The position numbers were made by a program, and so were the translations under genes. Shown one piece after another: positions 33,023 through 46,990 of a stretch of 64,000 nt of DNA; the first letter of the stretch is position 1, and each line of letters starts with the position of its first letter. The notes under the pieces were generated by a model. The model was not told where the DNA came from. It made no database searches and saw only the letters and a program-made list of their open reading frames with translations. Source of the DNA: Azolla caroliniana (lineage: Eukaryota; Plantae; Polypodiophyta); contig JBHGNT010000020.1 in assembly GCA_043228905.1 (NCBI GenBank), positions 124,001 through 188,000 of the forward strand, written 5' to 3'.

Positions 33023-36000
33023 TGACGGGAATTGCACGCTCCCTATACGCAACGCTCGGCCACAACCGAGCTTAGAATCATACACAGAAAACGGGAAATA
33101 ATAAACGACACGAAGAAGAGACGAGTACACAGGATGTTTACGTGGAAAACCCAAACTAAGGGAAAAACTACGGCAGCCCACAGGCTGCAAACTATCACTA
33201 TGTTAGAATGTACAACCGTGAGTTCACGGAGGCAACGACCTCGTGCTCACGATCCTCGCCACAGGCGGCGGTTACAACAGAGGCAACGACCTCTTTCTCT
33301 CTCTCTCTCTCTCTGTACATAGTTACGCGCTCTCTCTCCTTGCACCAACAAGAATGACAACAACAACAGTAAGTAAAAGTTTGCCCTAAGTCATATTTAT
33401 ACTAATATGACTTTTCAGCTATTTACAAATATAGCCTCGATGGACTCTCAGAAACATATTTACGAATATGTCTCTTCATCCGGTTCTCACCGGGTCTGCA
33501 CCATCCGGCTCTCCGTAGCCGGGTACTCCTCATCCGGTTCTCACTGGGTCTGCACCATCTGGCTCTCCATAGCCGGGTACTCCTCATCCGGTTCTCACCG
33601 GGTCTGCACCATCCGGCTCTCCGTAGCCGGGTACTCCTCATCCGGTTCTCATCGGGTCTGCACCATCCGGCTCTCCGAAGCCGGGTACTCCTCATCCGGA
33701 TCTCACCGGGTCTGCACCATTCGGCTCTCCGAAGCCGGGTACTCCTCATCCGGTTCTCACCGGCACTGTTCTTCTCTCTTCCCATCCGGAGGGACCTGTC
33801 TCCCAACAAACTCCCCCTTCACTCCGACATGGGGTTTCTTACTAATCCGATCCTCTTCCGGCATGCATCCAGCTTGTCGGGTATCAGAACTTTGGTCAGC
33901 ATATTTGACCCATTCTCGGCCGTGTGGATCTTTGTCAGTGCGAACTCCTGGTCATCTACTCTTTCCCGAATCCAGTGATATCTTCGCTGGATATGCTTCG
34001 TCCGGCAATGGTAGGCCGTATTCTTAGCAAGATGGATGGCAGTTTGACTGTCGCAATAGAGTCGGTATTCATCTTGCTGAATACCGAGCTCTCCGATGAA
34101 GTCCTTCATCCATAATATTTCCTTGCCGGCTTCCATAGCCACCATGTACTCCGCCTCCGTGGTTGACAATGCAACCGTCTTCTGCAGCCTCGAGTGCCAC
34201 GAGACAGCTCCCCCTGCATATGTCATTACATACCCGGATGTAGACCGGCTGGTATCCACATCAGCCGACATGTCCGAATCGGTGAAACCGTCAAGTTGAG
34301 GTTTTCCGGAGCCGAATCGGAGACACATATTTGAAGTGCCCTTCAAATACCGGAGTATCCATTTGACCGCGTTCCAGTGCTCCTTGCCGGGATTGCTCAT
34401 AAACCGGCTCACCACTCCGACTGCGTATCCGATATCCGGTCGGGTACACACCATTGTGTACATTAAGCTCCCGATGGTAGAGGCATATGGAATCTTCATC
34501 ATATCCGCCTTCTCTGCTTTCGTCTTCGGGCTATGCTTACCGGATAGCCTGCAGTTTGCCGGAAGTGTCGATCTGACCGGTTTCACATCTGACATGTTGA
34601 ATCGCTGAAGCACCTTTGTCACTTACTTCTCCTGTGACAACCACAATTGCTTCATTGACCGGTTCCGAATAATATGCATCCCTAGCATCTGTCTTGCCGG
34701 ACCCAAGTCTTTCATTGAGAAAGTCCGGTTGAGAGCCTTTTTCAGCATCCGTATTTTGGCTTGGTCCCGTTCGACGATCAACATGTCGTCCACGTACAGA
34801 AGGAGTATCAGGAAGTCGCCTCCTTCGAACTTCTTCACAAACACGCAGTGATCAGCCTGCGTCTTGTGGTACCCTTGATCGGTCATGAAGGAATCGAACT
34901 TCTGGTACCATTGCCGGGGGGCCTGCTTCAACCCGTAGAGGCTCTTCTTCAACCGGCATACCAGGTGCTCCTTCCCTTTCTCCACGAATCCTTCCGGTTG
35001 CTGCATGTAGATCTCCTCTTCGAGGTCGCCGTGAAGGAATGCCGTCTTCACGTCCAGCTGCTCTACCTTAAGGTCCATGCTTGCCGCTATACTCAGCACC
35101 GTCCGGATGGAGGTCATCTTTACAACCGGGGCAAATATCTCGTCAAAGTCCACGCCCTTTTTCTGCTGGAACCCCTTCACCACGATCCTGGATTTGTATC
35201 TCGGGGGGTTGCCGGCATCTCCCGGTTTCAACTTGTACACCCACTTGTTTCGGAGTGCCCGCTTTCCTTTCGGCAACTCCACCAATTCGTACGTATGGTT
35301 CTCATGTAGGGAATCCATCTCATCCTGCATGGCACTTAACCATTTGCGGCTGTGGGTGTCATCCTTCGCTTCTTCGAAGCTTTCCGGTTCCCCCTCATCG
35401 GTCAACAACACATGCTCTGCATCCGGAAATCTCTGGGGGGCCCTTCTCTCTTTGAGAGGATATCTCCATCTTTGGGATTCGGTAGCTGGCTCCTCCATTT
35501 GCTCTTCATCCGAATCCGATTCGGGGTCTTGGCCGGTTCCGGTTTCAGCTTCCTCTACTTCTTCTTTTGCCGGTTCAGTATCCTCACCGTAACCGGCTGG
35601 TTCCTCGAGTGCTAACCGGTCTCTTGCCGGTTGGGTCTGCTCATCATAGAATCTATCCTTACCAGTCGACTCGGAGTTCATTATCTTCTTCTCCGACTCC
35701 CAGTCGACGAGCGTCTTGTCCTCCATGAAGATAATATCTCGACTCCGGAATACCTTCTTGTCGACCAGGTCCCACACTTGATAGCTGAACTCATCGTCAC
35801 CGTAACCGAGAAATATGCATGGCCGGGTCTTTGGATCTAACTTTCCTCTCCGGTCCTTAGCTACATGCACGTACGCGAGACACCTGAACACCTTCAGATG
35901 CCTCTAGGATACTTCCTTACCGGTCCATACTCTCTGTGGCGTGTCTCCGTCCAAGGGTACTGAGGGTGATCTATTTATCACATATGTCGCCGTCAACAAT

Positions 36001-38536
36001 GCCTCAACCCAAAACTTCTTGGGTAGTTTTGCATGCGCTGACATGCGCTGGCATACTCTGGACCCTCTCCATTATGGTTCGGTTCATCCTCTCGGCCAGT
36101 CCGCTTAGTTCCGGTGTCTTCAGCACGGTAAATTCGAGCCGGATTCCCTTCGAGCGGCAGTACTCCTCGAACTGCCCCCGGTATTCTCCTCCGTTATCTG
36201 CTCAAACCGCCTTCAGCTTCCGGCAGGTTTCTCTTTCCACTCTCGCGTGGAGCTCTTTGAAGACGGATAGCACCTGATCCTTCGTCTTCAACGGTGTGGC
36301 CCACAGCTTCTGGCTGTGGTCATCTATGAACGTCACGAAGTACTAAGCTCCGGCATGTGACTTTGTGTCTACTTGACACACATCCGTATGCACCAACTCC
36401 AGTGGTGCATTACGTCTCATCGGTGGCCTTGGTCGGAAGGAGGTCCGGTTTTGCTTACCGGCTAGACAATCAATGCACTTCTCCAAGTGCACGTTCTTCA
36501 CTGGAATGAGGTTGTCGTCTGCAAGCCTCTTCATCCCCTCTCGCTCATATGACACAGCCTCTTGTGTCACAGCTCACTAGCAGTGTCGGATGCCACGTTC
36601 ACTTCTTCCGGACACAACCGGGCATTCATCAAGTACAGTGTGTTGACCTTCCGGGCCCGAGCCACAATCAGGCTCCCTTTGCTGAACTTCATGACACCAT
36701 TCTGGATGCTACCTATGTAGCCTTCATCATCTAGCTGACCGACTGATATCAGGTTCAGACGAACCTCCGGAACGTGTCAGACATCCTTCAGCAGCAACTT
36801 GCATCCGGTTGGTGTTGTCAGCCACACGTCTCCTATGCCGATAATTCGGCATGTACCTTCATTCCCCATCCGGACACAACCGTGATCACTAGCTGAGTAG
36901 GATGAGAAGAATTTCCTGTCCGAGGTAAGGTGGAATGACACTCCGGAGTCTACCACCCAAGTCATCTCGTCGCCGGCAAGGTTTATCTCACTCTCCTCGG
37001 TGATGAGCATCAACTCTTCTTCACTTGCCGCGATTACCGTTGTTCCCTTCCGGTCCGTCCCCCTCTGGTTTTTACCGTTCCGGTCCGGGTTTTTACCGTT
37101 CCGGTCCGGGGTTCGCTTCGAATCGGTACTGTCGGTTTCCTTGTCTTTTCGGAAATGCCGACAGTTCTTTTGGAAGTGTCCCGGCTTGCCGCAATAGAAG
37201 CAAGTAGGCCTCCCCCTTGACTTTGACCGTGTCCCCGACTTTTCCCGGTTCTAGGGGCTACGGTTTCTTTGTCTTCCGCGTTCCGATTCGGTAAGGAGCG
37301 GTTTGGAGTCGGAGCTATCCGGGAGGGAACCGAGCAGGAGTAGTGCTAGTACCTCGTCGGCGAGAGGTACTTCCAATGATGTTGCCTGGTGTATCAGCCC
37401 CTGGATGGCATTCATGTGCTCCGCCATGCTGGAGCCATCTTGGTATCGGAGTCTTACTAGCTTCCGGAATACCGAAACCTGATTAACAACATTTTTGTTT
37501 TGAAACATTATGCCGATCTTCTCCCAGAGCTCATGAGCCTTGCTCTCTTCATTGAAGTTGTTGTACAGGCTCATGTCGATGAAGCACCGTATGTACGCCG
37601 TTGTCTTCATGTGCATCACCTCCCATATCGCGGCGTCGATTTTGTCCGATCTCTTGTCCCCGAACTGAACCGGCAGCCAGAGGTCTTTAACCACGAGCAT
37701 GTCCCTCATCTTCAACTTCCACACTGAATAGTTGGAGCCGGTGAGCTTGAACATGCCGCCAAACGATTCGTCCATTTTCTGTGTCATTTCGCTTTGATAC
37801 CACTTGACGGGAATTGCACGCTCCCTATACGCAACGCTCGGCCACAACCGAGCTTAGAATCATACACAGAAAATGGGATATAATAAACGACACGAAGAAG
37901 AGACGAGTACACAGGATGTTTACGTGGAAAACCCAAACTAAGGGAAAAACCACGGCAGCCCACAGGCTGCAAACTATCACTATGTTAGAATGTACAACCG
38001 TGAGTTCACGGAGGCAACGACCTCATGCTCACGATCCTCGCCACATGCGGCGGTTACAACAGAGGCAACAACCTCTTTCTCTCTCTCTCTCTCTCTGTAC
38101 ACAGTTACGCGCTCTCTCTCCTTGCACCAACAAGAATGACAACAACAACAGTAAGTAAAAGTTTGCCCTAAGTCATATTTATACTAATATGACTTTTCGG
38201 CTATTTACAAATATAGCCTCGATGGACTCTCAGAAACATATTTACGAATATGTCTCTTCATCCGGTTCTCACCGGGTCTGCACCATCCGGCTCTCCGTAG
38301 CCGGGTACTCCTCATCCGGTTCTCACCGGGTCTGCACCATCCGGCTCTCCGTAGCCGGGTACTCCTCATCCGGTTCTCATCGGGTCTGCACCATCCGGCT
38401 CTCCGAAGCCAGGTACTCCTCATCCGGTTCTCACCGGGTCTGCACCATCCGGCTCTCCGAAGCTGGGTACTCCTCATCCAGTTCTCACCGGCACTGTTCT
38501 TCTCTCTTCCCATTCGGAGGGACCTGTATCCCAACA
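33023..38536 (-). mobile_element. Full-length Ty1/copia (same lineage as A) with few disruptions
   Basis: LTRs 33023-33808 and 37805-38536; TSD GGTAC (33018-33022, 38537-38541); PBS rc tggtatcaaagc; PPT 33811-33820; RT/RH ORFs 33819-35891; gag 37251-37847. Confidence 0.96.
33479..33763. repeat. 54-bp tandem repeat in LTR U3 (5 copies here, 4 copies at 38261-38490)
   Basis: Unit tccggttctcaccgggtctgcaccatccggctctccgtagccgggtactcctca; LTR lengths 786 vs 732. Confidence 0.92.
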
Positions 38537-39820
38537 GGTACTTCATCACATTTGTAGATTACTGTACATAGAAGGTCTAGGCCTACTCAATCAGGTCCAA
38601 AGACGAAGAGCTCGAGGTCTTCACTCGGTGGACATCTGAAGTGGAGAATTGGTCGCGATACAGAGTGAAGACACTCCAATCTGACAACGGAGGAGAATAT
38701 ACCTCCAAAGCCTTCAAACAGTACCTGTCCGACAAAAGGACCCGGCATCAAAAGACCGTTCCTTACACACCCATGCAGAATGGAGTGGCAGAATGGATCA
38801 ACCAAACGATCCACGAGAGAGTGATGACAATGCTCCAACAAGCTGGAGTTCTGGGCTGAGGCATTGCAGACAACAATATACTTGGTAAATCTATCATTGT
38901 TGAAAGCAATCAGGCTCAAAGTCCCACAAGCACTATGGTCAGGCAAAAAACCGACCTATGATAGGCTCCATATATTCAGATGCAAAGCCTATGCGTTTAT
39001 CCCCAAGGAGAAAAGGACCAAGTTAGCACCACATGCAATGAAGTGCATATTTCTCAGTTATGGAACCGATAGGGACTTCGGCTATAGGCTATGTGACCCT
39101 AAGAACCAGAAATTAATCGAAAGTAGTGACATAGTCTTTAATGAAGACTCTATCTTCTTTCAGCGGAACCATCAGAAAATAGTTGGTAAAAAGGTATTGT
39201 TCGAAGCCAACAGAGATGTCGTAGAAGGACCGTCCCACCAAGCCGACTCAGAGATTTGACAAACAGTCGAACTTGACCAAGCCCGACAACATACCTACTG
39301 CCTCTGAATCGGTAGGAGGTTCACTAGTCGAACTCGAAGACAAAACCATCAAAGACAAAGCCGATTCGACAAGAGTCGAACAATGCAAAGTCAACAAGAT
39401 GCGATTTGGAAACAGATCCGAGTCGACAAAGTTCACAGGGGAGAACGCCATGCCATCGCCAAAATCCTAGCATTGGGGCGGGTCATCTAGCAAGACTCCC
39501 GACACAGGTGGCGCAACAAATACCGATAAACCAACTGAGCCGATCAAAGGATATGAACAATCAATCTCAGCACCCAAGAGATCTAGACGAGCTCGAAGGC
39601 AGACAAAGTTCTACCAACTTGGCCTCGATTATGTCAACTACACTGATACAGGCGAAGCAAGCACTTATGAAGAGGCTATGGCCGCAACGGACGCTGATAC
39701 ATGGCTACAAGCCATGAAATCCAAAATGGACTTGATTCACAAGAATCAGAGATGGGAGTTGGTTGAACTACCAACTAGAAGAAAGCCGTTACCTTGCAAA
39801 TGGGTTTTTCGATACAAATA

Positions 39821-42800
39821 TGTTGGGAATATGTCCCTCCAGTGGGAGGATGATCCAATTGTTCGGAAATCCGATAGTCGAAGAGTCGGAAAACAGGAGC
39901 CGAGTTGATGAGGCCTCGCCCGAAACCGGAATCGTGTAAATAGCCAACTCGGGAGACTATACTTGTAAATAGTCTAAGTGTGCGCCCCATGAGGGCTACG
40001 TATGTAAATAACTAGAAAGTTGCGTAAGTATATATGCAACTAGGGCAAACTTTTAGGTGGGGTGTGATGAACAAAGAACTGTGTGTATGCGCAGAACAGT
40101 AGAACGCAAGAGAGCGTGGAGAGAGAGAGTGAGTAGTGTGAGTCGCGTCATAGCTGTGGTTGTAACAGCAGACGCGAAGAGCCCTACGTGGTTGATACAC
40201 TTGATAGAGTGTTGTATTCCTCTCAGTGTTGTATATCCACTTTGTATAGTGAAGATTCTGTTCACCCGTGGTTTTCCCCATTTTAGGGTTTCCACGTAAA
40301 TTTGTGTACATTCGTTTATCTTGTCTTTTTTGGCATTTCTGTAATTTGTATTTCAGCATGTAGTTCGTTTATTGTGATCTATTCCGCATCGATTTCTCAA
40401 CAAACTGGTATCAGAGCTTGAGGTGCAAGCATGGAAGGAGGTGTGAGCGGTTTCCTAGGTATGATAGTTCTCAACTCACAAAACTATGTAGATTGGAAGA
40501 TCAAGATGGAGGACCTTCTCATAGTCAAAGACCTGTACGAGCCAGTCGACGGAGCAGAAATACCCAGGGGGGTATTGGAGTAAGACTGGAGGCTCCTAAA
40601 CAGAAAGGCAGTGGCCACAATCTGATAATGTGTTGATGTAAGTGTCCTTCATCATGTGGTGAACGACACGAATGCCCACGAGATGTGGCAGAAGTTGTCT
40701 GGTCTGTACGAGAGGAAGAACGCGCTCAATAGAACCTCGTTGATGAGAAAAATCATACGGCTGAAATACAGAGATGGTGAGAGCATCATCGAACACATCA
40801 ACACATTTATGGGGTATGTAAATCAACTTGATGTGACCAAGTTTCCCCTGGATGACGCAATGCAGGCCATCCTGTTGATGTGCACACTGCCGGAAAGCTG
40901 GGAGAACCTGGTGGTTACTCTCAACACCTCATGTCAAGAAGAGAACTTGTGTTTACAAACGGTGAAGACAAACATCCTAAATGAGGAGGCAAGGAGGAAA
41001 GACAAAGGAGTCCTGTCCCAAACGGAGTCGAATGTGACTCAACATATGGATAGAGGAAGGGACCGACGAAGAAGAAGTCCGCAACGAATGGACAAATCCC
41101 ATGCCAGATCAAAGTCCAGAGGTAAACCTGTGTGCTTTTATTGTGGAAAACCTGGACACTTCTAGAAGGACTGCCGACACATGAGAAAAGACAAGAGTGT
41201 TGGAAATAATGTCGAACCCCAAAAAATTCCGGATGAAAAGAACAGTTCGGTCATTGGTACGAGCAATGAGGAACTCCTGTTCATCTGTGAACAGACAAGT
41301 GCAAACCTTGCAAGAGAAGAGTGCACTTGGGTGATTGATTCTGGCGCATCCTTCCATATTACTCTGTTGAGAGAGTATTTCTCGACTTACATAGCTGGGG
41401 ATCATGGCTATGTAAAGATGGGTGATAGTGGAGAATGCAAGATAACCGGAGTCGGAAGTGTGTGCTTAACGATGTTGACAGGGTGTCGACTAACGTTGAA
41501 GGATGTTTGACACGTCCCCGATATCAGATTGAATCTGATATCGACTAGAAGGCTTGATGACGAAGGCTACAGTGGTAGCTTTCGGAATGGCAAGTGGAAG
41601 TTCTGCCGAGGAAATCTTATAGTGGCCCGAGCACAAAAAGAAGGCACATTGCATACGATGCATGCTCGACTGTGCAAATCAGATGTAAATGTGGTAGCCG
41701 ACTCGGCAGCGGAAAGATGGCATAAGAGGCTAGGCCACATGAGTCAGAAGGGAATGCACCTGCTAGCCGACCAGAAACTTCTACCAGAAGTCAAGGGAGT
41801 TCACCTGGAGAAGTGTGTCGACTGCTTAGCCGGAAAGCAGAACAGGACGGCATTCCACTCGAGACCACCGAGGAGAAGAGAAGCTGCACTAGAACTAGTA
41901 CACACAGACGTGTGCTATGTGGATGCTCCATCGCATCGAGGAGGACAATACTTTGTAACGTTTATTGATGACTACAGTCGGAAAACATGGGCCTTTGTAC
42001 TGAAGTTGAAGGATCAAGTACTGTTGGTTTTTAAGGAGTTCCAGGCAAGAATCAAAAGAGAGTCAGGTCGGAAACTGAAGGTTGTCTGAACCGACAATGG
42101 TGGCGAGTACAGAGGGCAGTTTGAGGAATACTGCAAGTGCCAAGGTATTCGAATCGAATACACAGTACCAAAGACCCCATAGTTGAACGGGCTTGCAGAG
42201 AGGATGAATCGAACGATCATGGAGAGAGTAAAGAGCATGCTCTCTCATGCGAAATTGCCGAAATCCTATTGGGGCTGAGGCGTTGTACACAACTGTTTAT
42301 CTGATCAACAGGTCTCCCTTGGTACCTCTAAAGGGTGATGTCCAACAAAGGGTGTGAACAGGGAAGGATGTCTCCTATCAACACCTGAGGGTGTTTGGAT
42401 GTTTGACGTATATGCATGTACCAAAGGATCAGAGGTCTAAGTTCGACAGCAAGTCGAAAGCATGCATATTCATGGGATACTCGGAAGATGAGTTTAGCTA
42501 CAGGCTATGGGACCTAGTCGACAAGAAGGTAGTGAGAAGTCGGGATGTAGTCTTTCTAGAAGATAAGACAATTGAAGACTGGAAGCAACAAAAGTTAGAA
42601 CTGACTCCCTAGTCAACCTCGACTACCATCGACTTAAGGCCAAGTGAGTCGTCACTGATAGCTGTAAGGAGACAGCTGGCCGATAGAGCTGAATCCGAGT
42701 CGGTCGACTCGGAAAGACCGATAGACTATGAGTCAGAGTCGACAGAGCTGCTAAAATTAATTGAGGAATATGAGTTGGAGCTGTCCAACCTAGAGATGCC

Positions 42801-45602
42801 GATTGATGAGCAGAGAGAAGAGTTGGCAGAGACATCCTGACTGGAGCCAACAACGAGTGGACAAAGATACCCACTCAGAGAAAGGAAGGCACCGATTACA
42901 TATGCCAGTCAATACGTCCTCTTGACTAATGACGGTGAACCGGATTACTATGAAGAAGCCATTGCCGACGAGAGCAAAGAAAAATGGCTGAGCGCGATGG
43001 AAGAGGAGATGGAATCCTTGCACGCGAATTACACCTACAACCTAGTAGAGCTGCCGAAAGGTAAGAGAACACTCTGGAATAAATGGGTCTACAAGGTGAA
43101 GACTGGAGAAGTCGACATTGAGCCCAGGTATAAAACCCGCATAGTGGTGAAGGGTTTCCAACAGAAGAAGGGCGTCGACTTTGACGAAATATTCGCACCA
43201 GTCGTGAAGATGACATCGATACGAACTATTCTGAGCATAGCGGCCAACATGGACCTGGAAATCGAACAATTGGATGTCAAAACCGCATTTCTGCACGGGG
43301 AGTTGGACGAAGAAATCTACATGTATCAACTTGAAGGCTTTGAGGAGAAAGGGAAAGAGAATCTGGTGTGTTGACTGAGGAAAAGCTTGTACGGTCTGAA
43401 ACAAGCCCCACGCCAATGGTACAAGAAATTCGAGTCCTTCATGGTGGAACATCGGTTCCAGAAAACACAGGCCGATCATTGTGTGTTCGTTAAAAGGTAC
43501 GAGGAAGGAGATTTCTTGATTCTCTTGCTATATGTTGATGATATGTTGATAGTCGGTCAAGACACAAGGAAGATTGGAAGCTTGAAGAAAGCTCTTGGCA
43601 AGTCATTTGCCATGAAAGACCTTGGACTGGAAAAGCAAATCCTAGGAATGCATATAACCTGAGACAGAGCTCAGAAGGTGCTATGGTTGTCACAACAGAA
43701 GTATGTGACGAAGATCCTAGAGAGGTTCAACATCTCGAATGCAAAACCGGTCGGCTCCGTGTTGCCGACAAATTGCAGATTGAATGCAAAGCAGTGTCCG
43801 AAAGGGCAGAAGGAAAAGGCTGAGATGAAGAAGGTACCATATGCCTCAGCCGTCGGCAGTCTAATGTATGCTATGGCTTGTAAGAAACTGGACATAGCAT
43901 TTGTTGTGGGAGCAGTAAGCCGATATATGAGTAATCCAAGGAGAGAACATTGGGCAGTAGTGAAGTGAATACTCAGGTACTTGAAAGGCACCTCGGAGGT
44001 GTGCCTAAGGTATGGTGTCAGAAAACCTATGCTGGAAGGTTTTACCGATTCAGACATGTCTGGAGATACCGACTCAAGCTGATCCACGTCAAGGTACGTG
44101 ATGACGTATGCAAGGGGAGCAGTGTCATGGCAGTCACGACTGCAGAAGTCTGTAGCCTTGTCGACTACTGAGGCAGAGTATATGGCAGCGGTAGAGGCCG
44201 GGAAAGAGCTGATCTGGATGAGAAATTTTCTCACCAAACTAGGCATGAAGCAAAAGGAGTTCTTGCTTCACTGTGACAGTCAAAGCGCCATACACCTAAC
44301 CAAGAACGCGGCATATCACTTCCGGACCAAACACATATAGAGAAGGTATCATTGGTTGCGGGAGAGAGTCGAAGAAGGAGAGTTTTCCCTTGTGAAGATC
44401 CATACCGACGACAATGGATCTGACATGCTGACGAAGAACCTACCTATGGACAGACTCAGAGTCTGTCGACAAAATACAGGATTGACAGATTTCCTCCCAT
44501 AGGAGTGAAGGGGGAGTTTGTTGGGAATATGTCCCTCCAGTGGGAGGATGATCTGATTGTTCAGAAAGCCGATAGTCGAACAGTCGGAAAACAGGAGCCG
44601 AGTTGATGAGGAACTCGTCCTCGGCCGAAACCAGAATTGTGTAAATAGCCAACTCAGGAGACTATACTTGTAAATAGTCTAAGTGTGCGCCCCATGAGGG
44701 CTACGTATGTAAATAACCAAAAAGTTGCGTAAGGATATAAGCAACTAGGGCAAACTTTTAGGTGGGGTGTGATGAACAAAGAACTGTGTGTATGCGTAGA
44801 ATAGTAGAACGCAAGAAAGAAAGAAAGAAAGATATATTAACGTCTTCTAAGGCCAAAATTGGCCCATGAGACAAATGGTGTACAACAAAAATGGGATATT
44901 TACCCATTCATCGAAAGTAAAAATAAAAATAAGATAAAATAGAGTTTAAGCTAAATAGTTCTAAGAAAACAACAAACATGTTCGATATAAAAAACATGTT
45001 CTACAATGAGAATGATTCTATACTAGGCCTAATTTCATTTCCATCCAAGTCTCTCGAAGAGAAGCGGGGGGTCAAAGGGTTGCCATGTGGATGTGGCCCG
45101 TGGTCCCCATGTAAGAGGTACCCCAACCATAGCTTCGAGTCGACGTAGCTCACGTTCCCTTATCTTCTTAATCTTTTCTACTCCACGTTGACTTGTGTTG
45201 AAGCCCAACATCCGAGGACGTTTGGTTGCTCTTTGTATTTTTGCTTCCTCAAGGGAGAGGCCGAGCGGCATAAGTGTATCCACATTCATCGTCTCCCCAT
45301 GTTCCTCAAGAGAGCGTGGAGAGAGAGAGTGAGTAGTGTGAGCCGCGCCATCGCTGTGGTTGTAACAACAGACACGAAGAGCCCTGCGTGGCTGATACAC
45401 TCGACAAAGTGTTGTATTCCTCTCAATGTTGTATATCCACTTTGTATAGTGAAGATTCTGTTCACCCATGGTTTTCCCCGTTTTAGGGTTTCCACTTAAA
45501 TCTGTGGACATCTGTTTATCTTGTCTATTCTAGCATTTCTGTAATTTGTATTTCAGCGCATAGTTCGTTTATTGTGATCTATTCTGCATTGATTTCTCAA
45601 CA
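39821..45602 (+). mobile_element. Full-length decayed Ty1/copia
   Basis: LTRs 39821-40402 and 44519-45602; TSD AAATA (39816-39820, 45603-45607); PBS tggtatcagagc 40406-40417; PPT gaagggggag before 44519; gag-PR-INT-RT-RH pieces 40431-44502. Confidence 0.96.
44817..45306 (-). mobile_element. 5'-truncated LINE-like insertion in the 3' LTR
   Basis: Absent from the 5' LTR; duplication CAAGA (44812-44816, 45307-45311); (TTTC)n tail; open frame ending ..FERLGWK* then 3' UTR. Confidence 0.75.
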
Positions 45603-46990
45603 AAATATGTATCTGACTTAGATAAACCCAAGTACAAAGCTCGGCTTGTCGCGAAGGGTTCAAAGAAGGACATGGGGTCAAATACGACTAAATATTCTCA
45701 CCAGTAGTCAAGATGAACACCCTCCGACTCTTACTAGGAGTTGTGGCGATAGAAGATCTAGCTCGCAAGCAGATGGACGTAAAGATGGCATTCCTACACG
45801 GAGATCTGGAAGAAGACATTTACATGTCTCAACCGATAGGCTTAACGGCGACGGGGCAGGAAAGTGACCTCATATGTCAATTGAAGAAAAGTCTCTATGG
45901 CTTGAAACAAGTGCCGAGGATGTGGTACCAGAAGTTCGACTCCTACATCAGGCAGCTTGGATACCGTCAATCCGACTCCAACCTATGTATGTACATTCAG
46001 CAACTGGTTGACGAGTCTAGGATTTATCTGATCCTATATCTTGAAGACATGCTGATTGCAGGAAGCAATGAAACATAGATCAGAAAGCTGAAGTGGAGCC
46101 TTCATGACAAGTTTATGATGAAGGAACTCAGACAAGCCCATCACATACTGGGCATGAGGATTGAGTGAAATCGGATGACCAAGACTCTTCGACTATCCCA
46201 TCTGTCTACCGACTTCTCATCTACAAGCTGAATCGACCTACGAGCACCGACCATCTATGGCAACTCATAGAGCGCAATTCACCTCATTAACAATCCCGTC
46301 TATCACGCAAAGATGAAACACATTGAGGTGTGGTATCATCACATCCTAGAGCTGATAACAAGAAGAAGCTTGAAGTCCAGAAGATCGACACCGAGGTGAA
46401 CATCACCGATTGCTTGATGAAGCCACTCCTAGAACAATGCTTCGGAGCACCAAGGACAAAGATGGGACTACGATAAGCGATCGAGCAGAAGAAAGATGAA
46501 TGCGGAGCAGAATGTAAGAGTCGACCCAATCAATCATGATAATGAGCCATGCTAGGCTTGACACGGACTTCACCTTTGCCGCCTCAACTATATGCCGACT
46601 GACTTGTAACTTAAATTTAGATTAGTGTTGTAATCTAGGTTTACGGGGGAGACAACCCCAAACACATGTACATATAGGAAAGAGTAGTCCTTTTACGAGG
46701 GAGTTTGTTGGCATAAAAGGCCGACTCCTTCCACTTTGTATCCTAGTGTGAACTCGTCCATATAGTTTGGGCTTAGTATATAAGCAATAACCTAACGTTG
46801 TAAAAGGAGAGCTTGATCATTCTTGTACAGTGTCTCAGAGAGAGAGAGAGAGAGAACGTAATAACAAAGCTTCCATTAAAGCTTAAACTGCATATATCTT
46901 CTGTCTATTCTTGTGTCTTCCTTCTGTGTTGTTTGCCGAACACTACGTTAGATCCTCACACAAACGTTTCCGCACATAATCATCCCCTCA

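Larger units (their letters stand above)
31344..46990 (+). mobile_element. Old Ty1/copia element B, host of two nested Copia elements
   Basis: 5' LTR remnant 31344-31525 matches 3' LTR 46706-46990; PBS cggtatcaaagc at 31528-31539; gag 31625-32518, integrase 32900-33022 plus 38542-39260, RT 39680-39820 plus 45608-46200. Confidence 0.88.

Noticed and set aside
33407-34027. Repeat proteins (SSSGSHRVCTIRLSVAGY)n and their antisense ORFs
   Set aside because: Artefact of the 54-bp (multiple of 3) LTR minisatellite
45035-45511. 158-aa ORF
   Set aside because: First half is antisense LTR; only the part from EEHGETM belongs to the insertion
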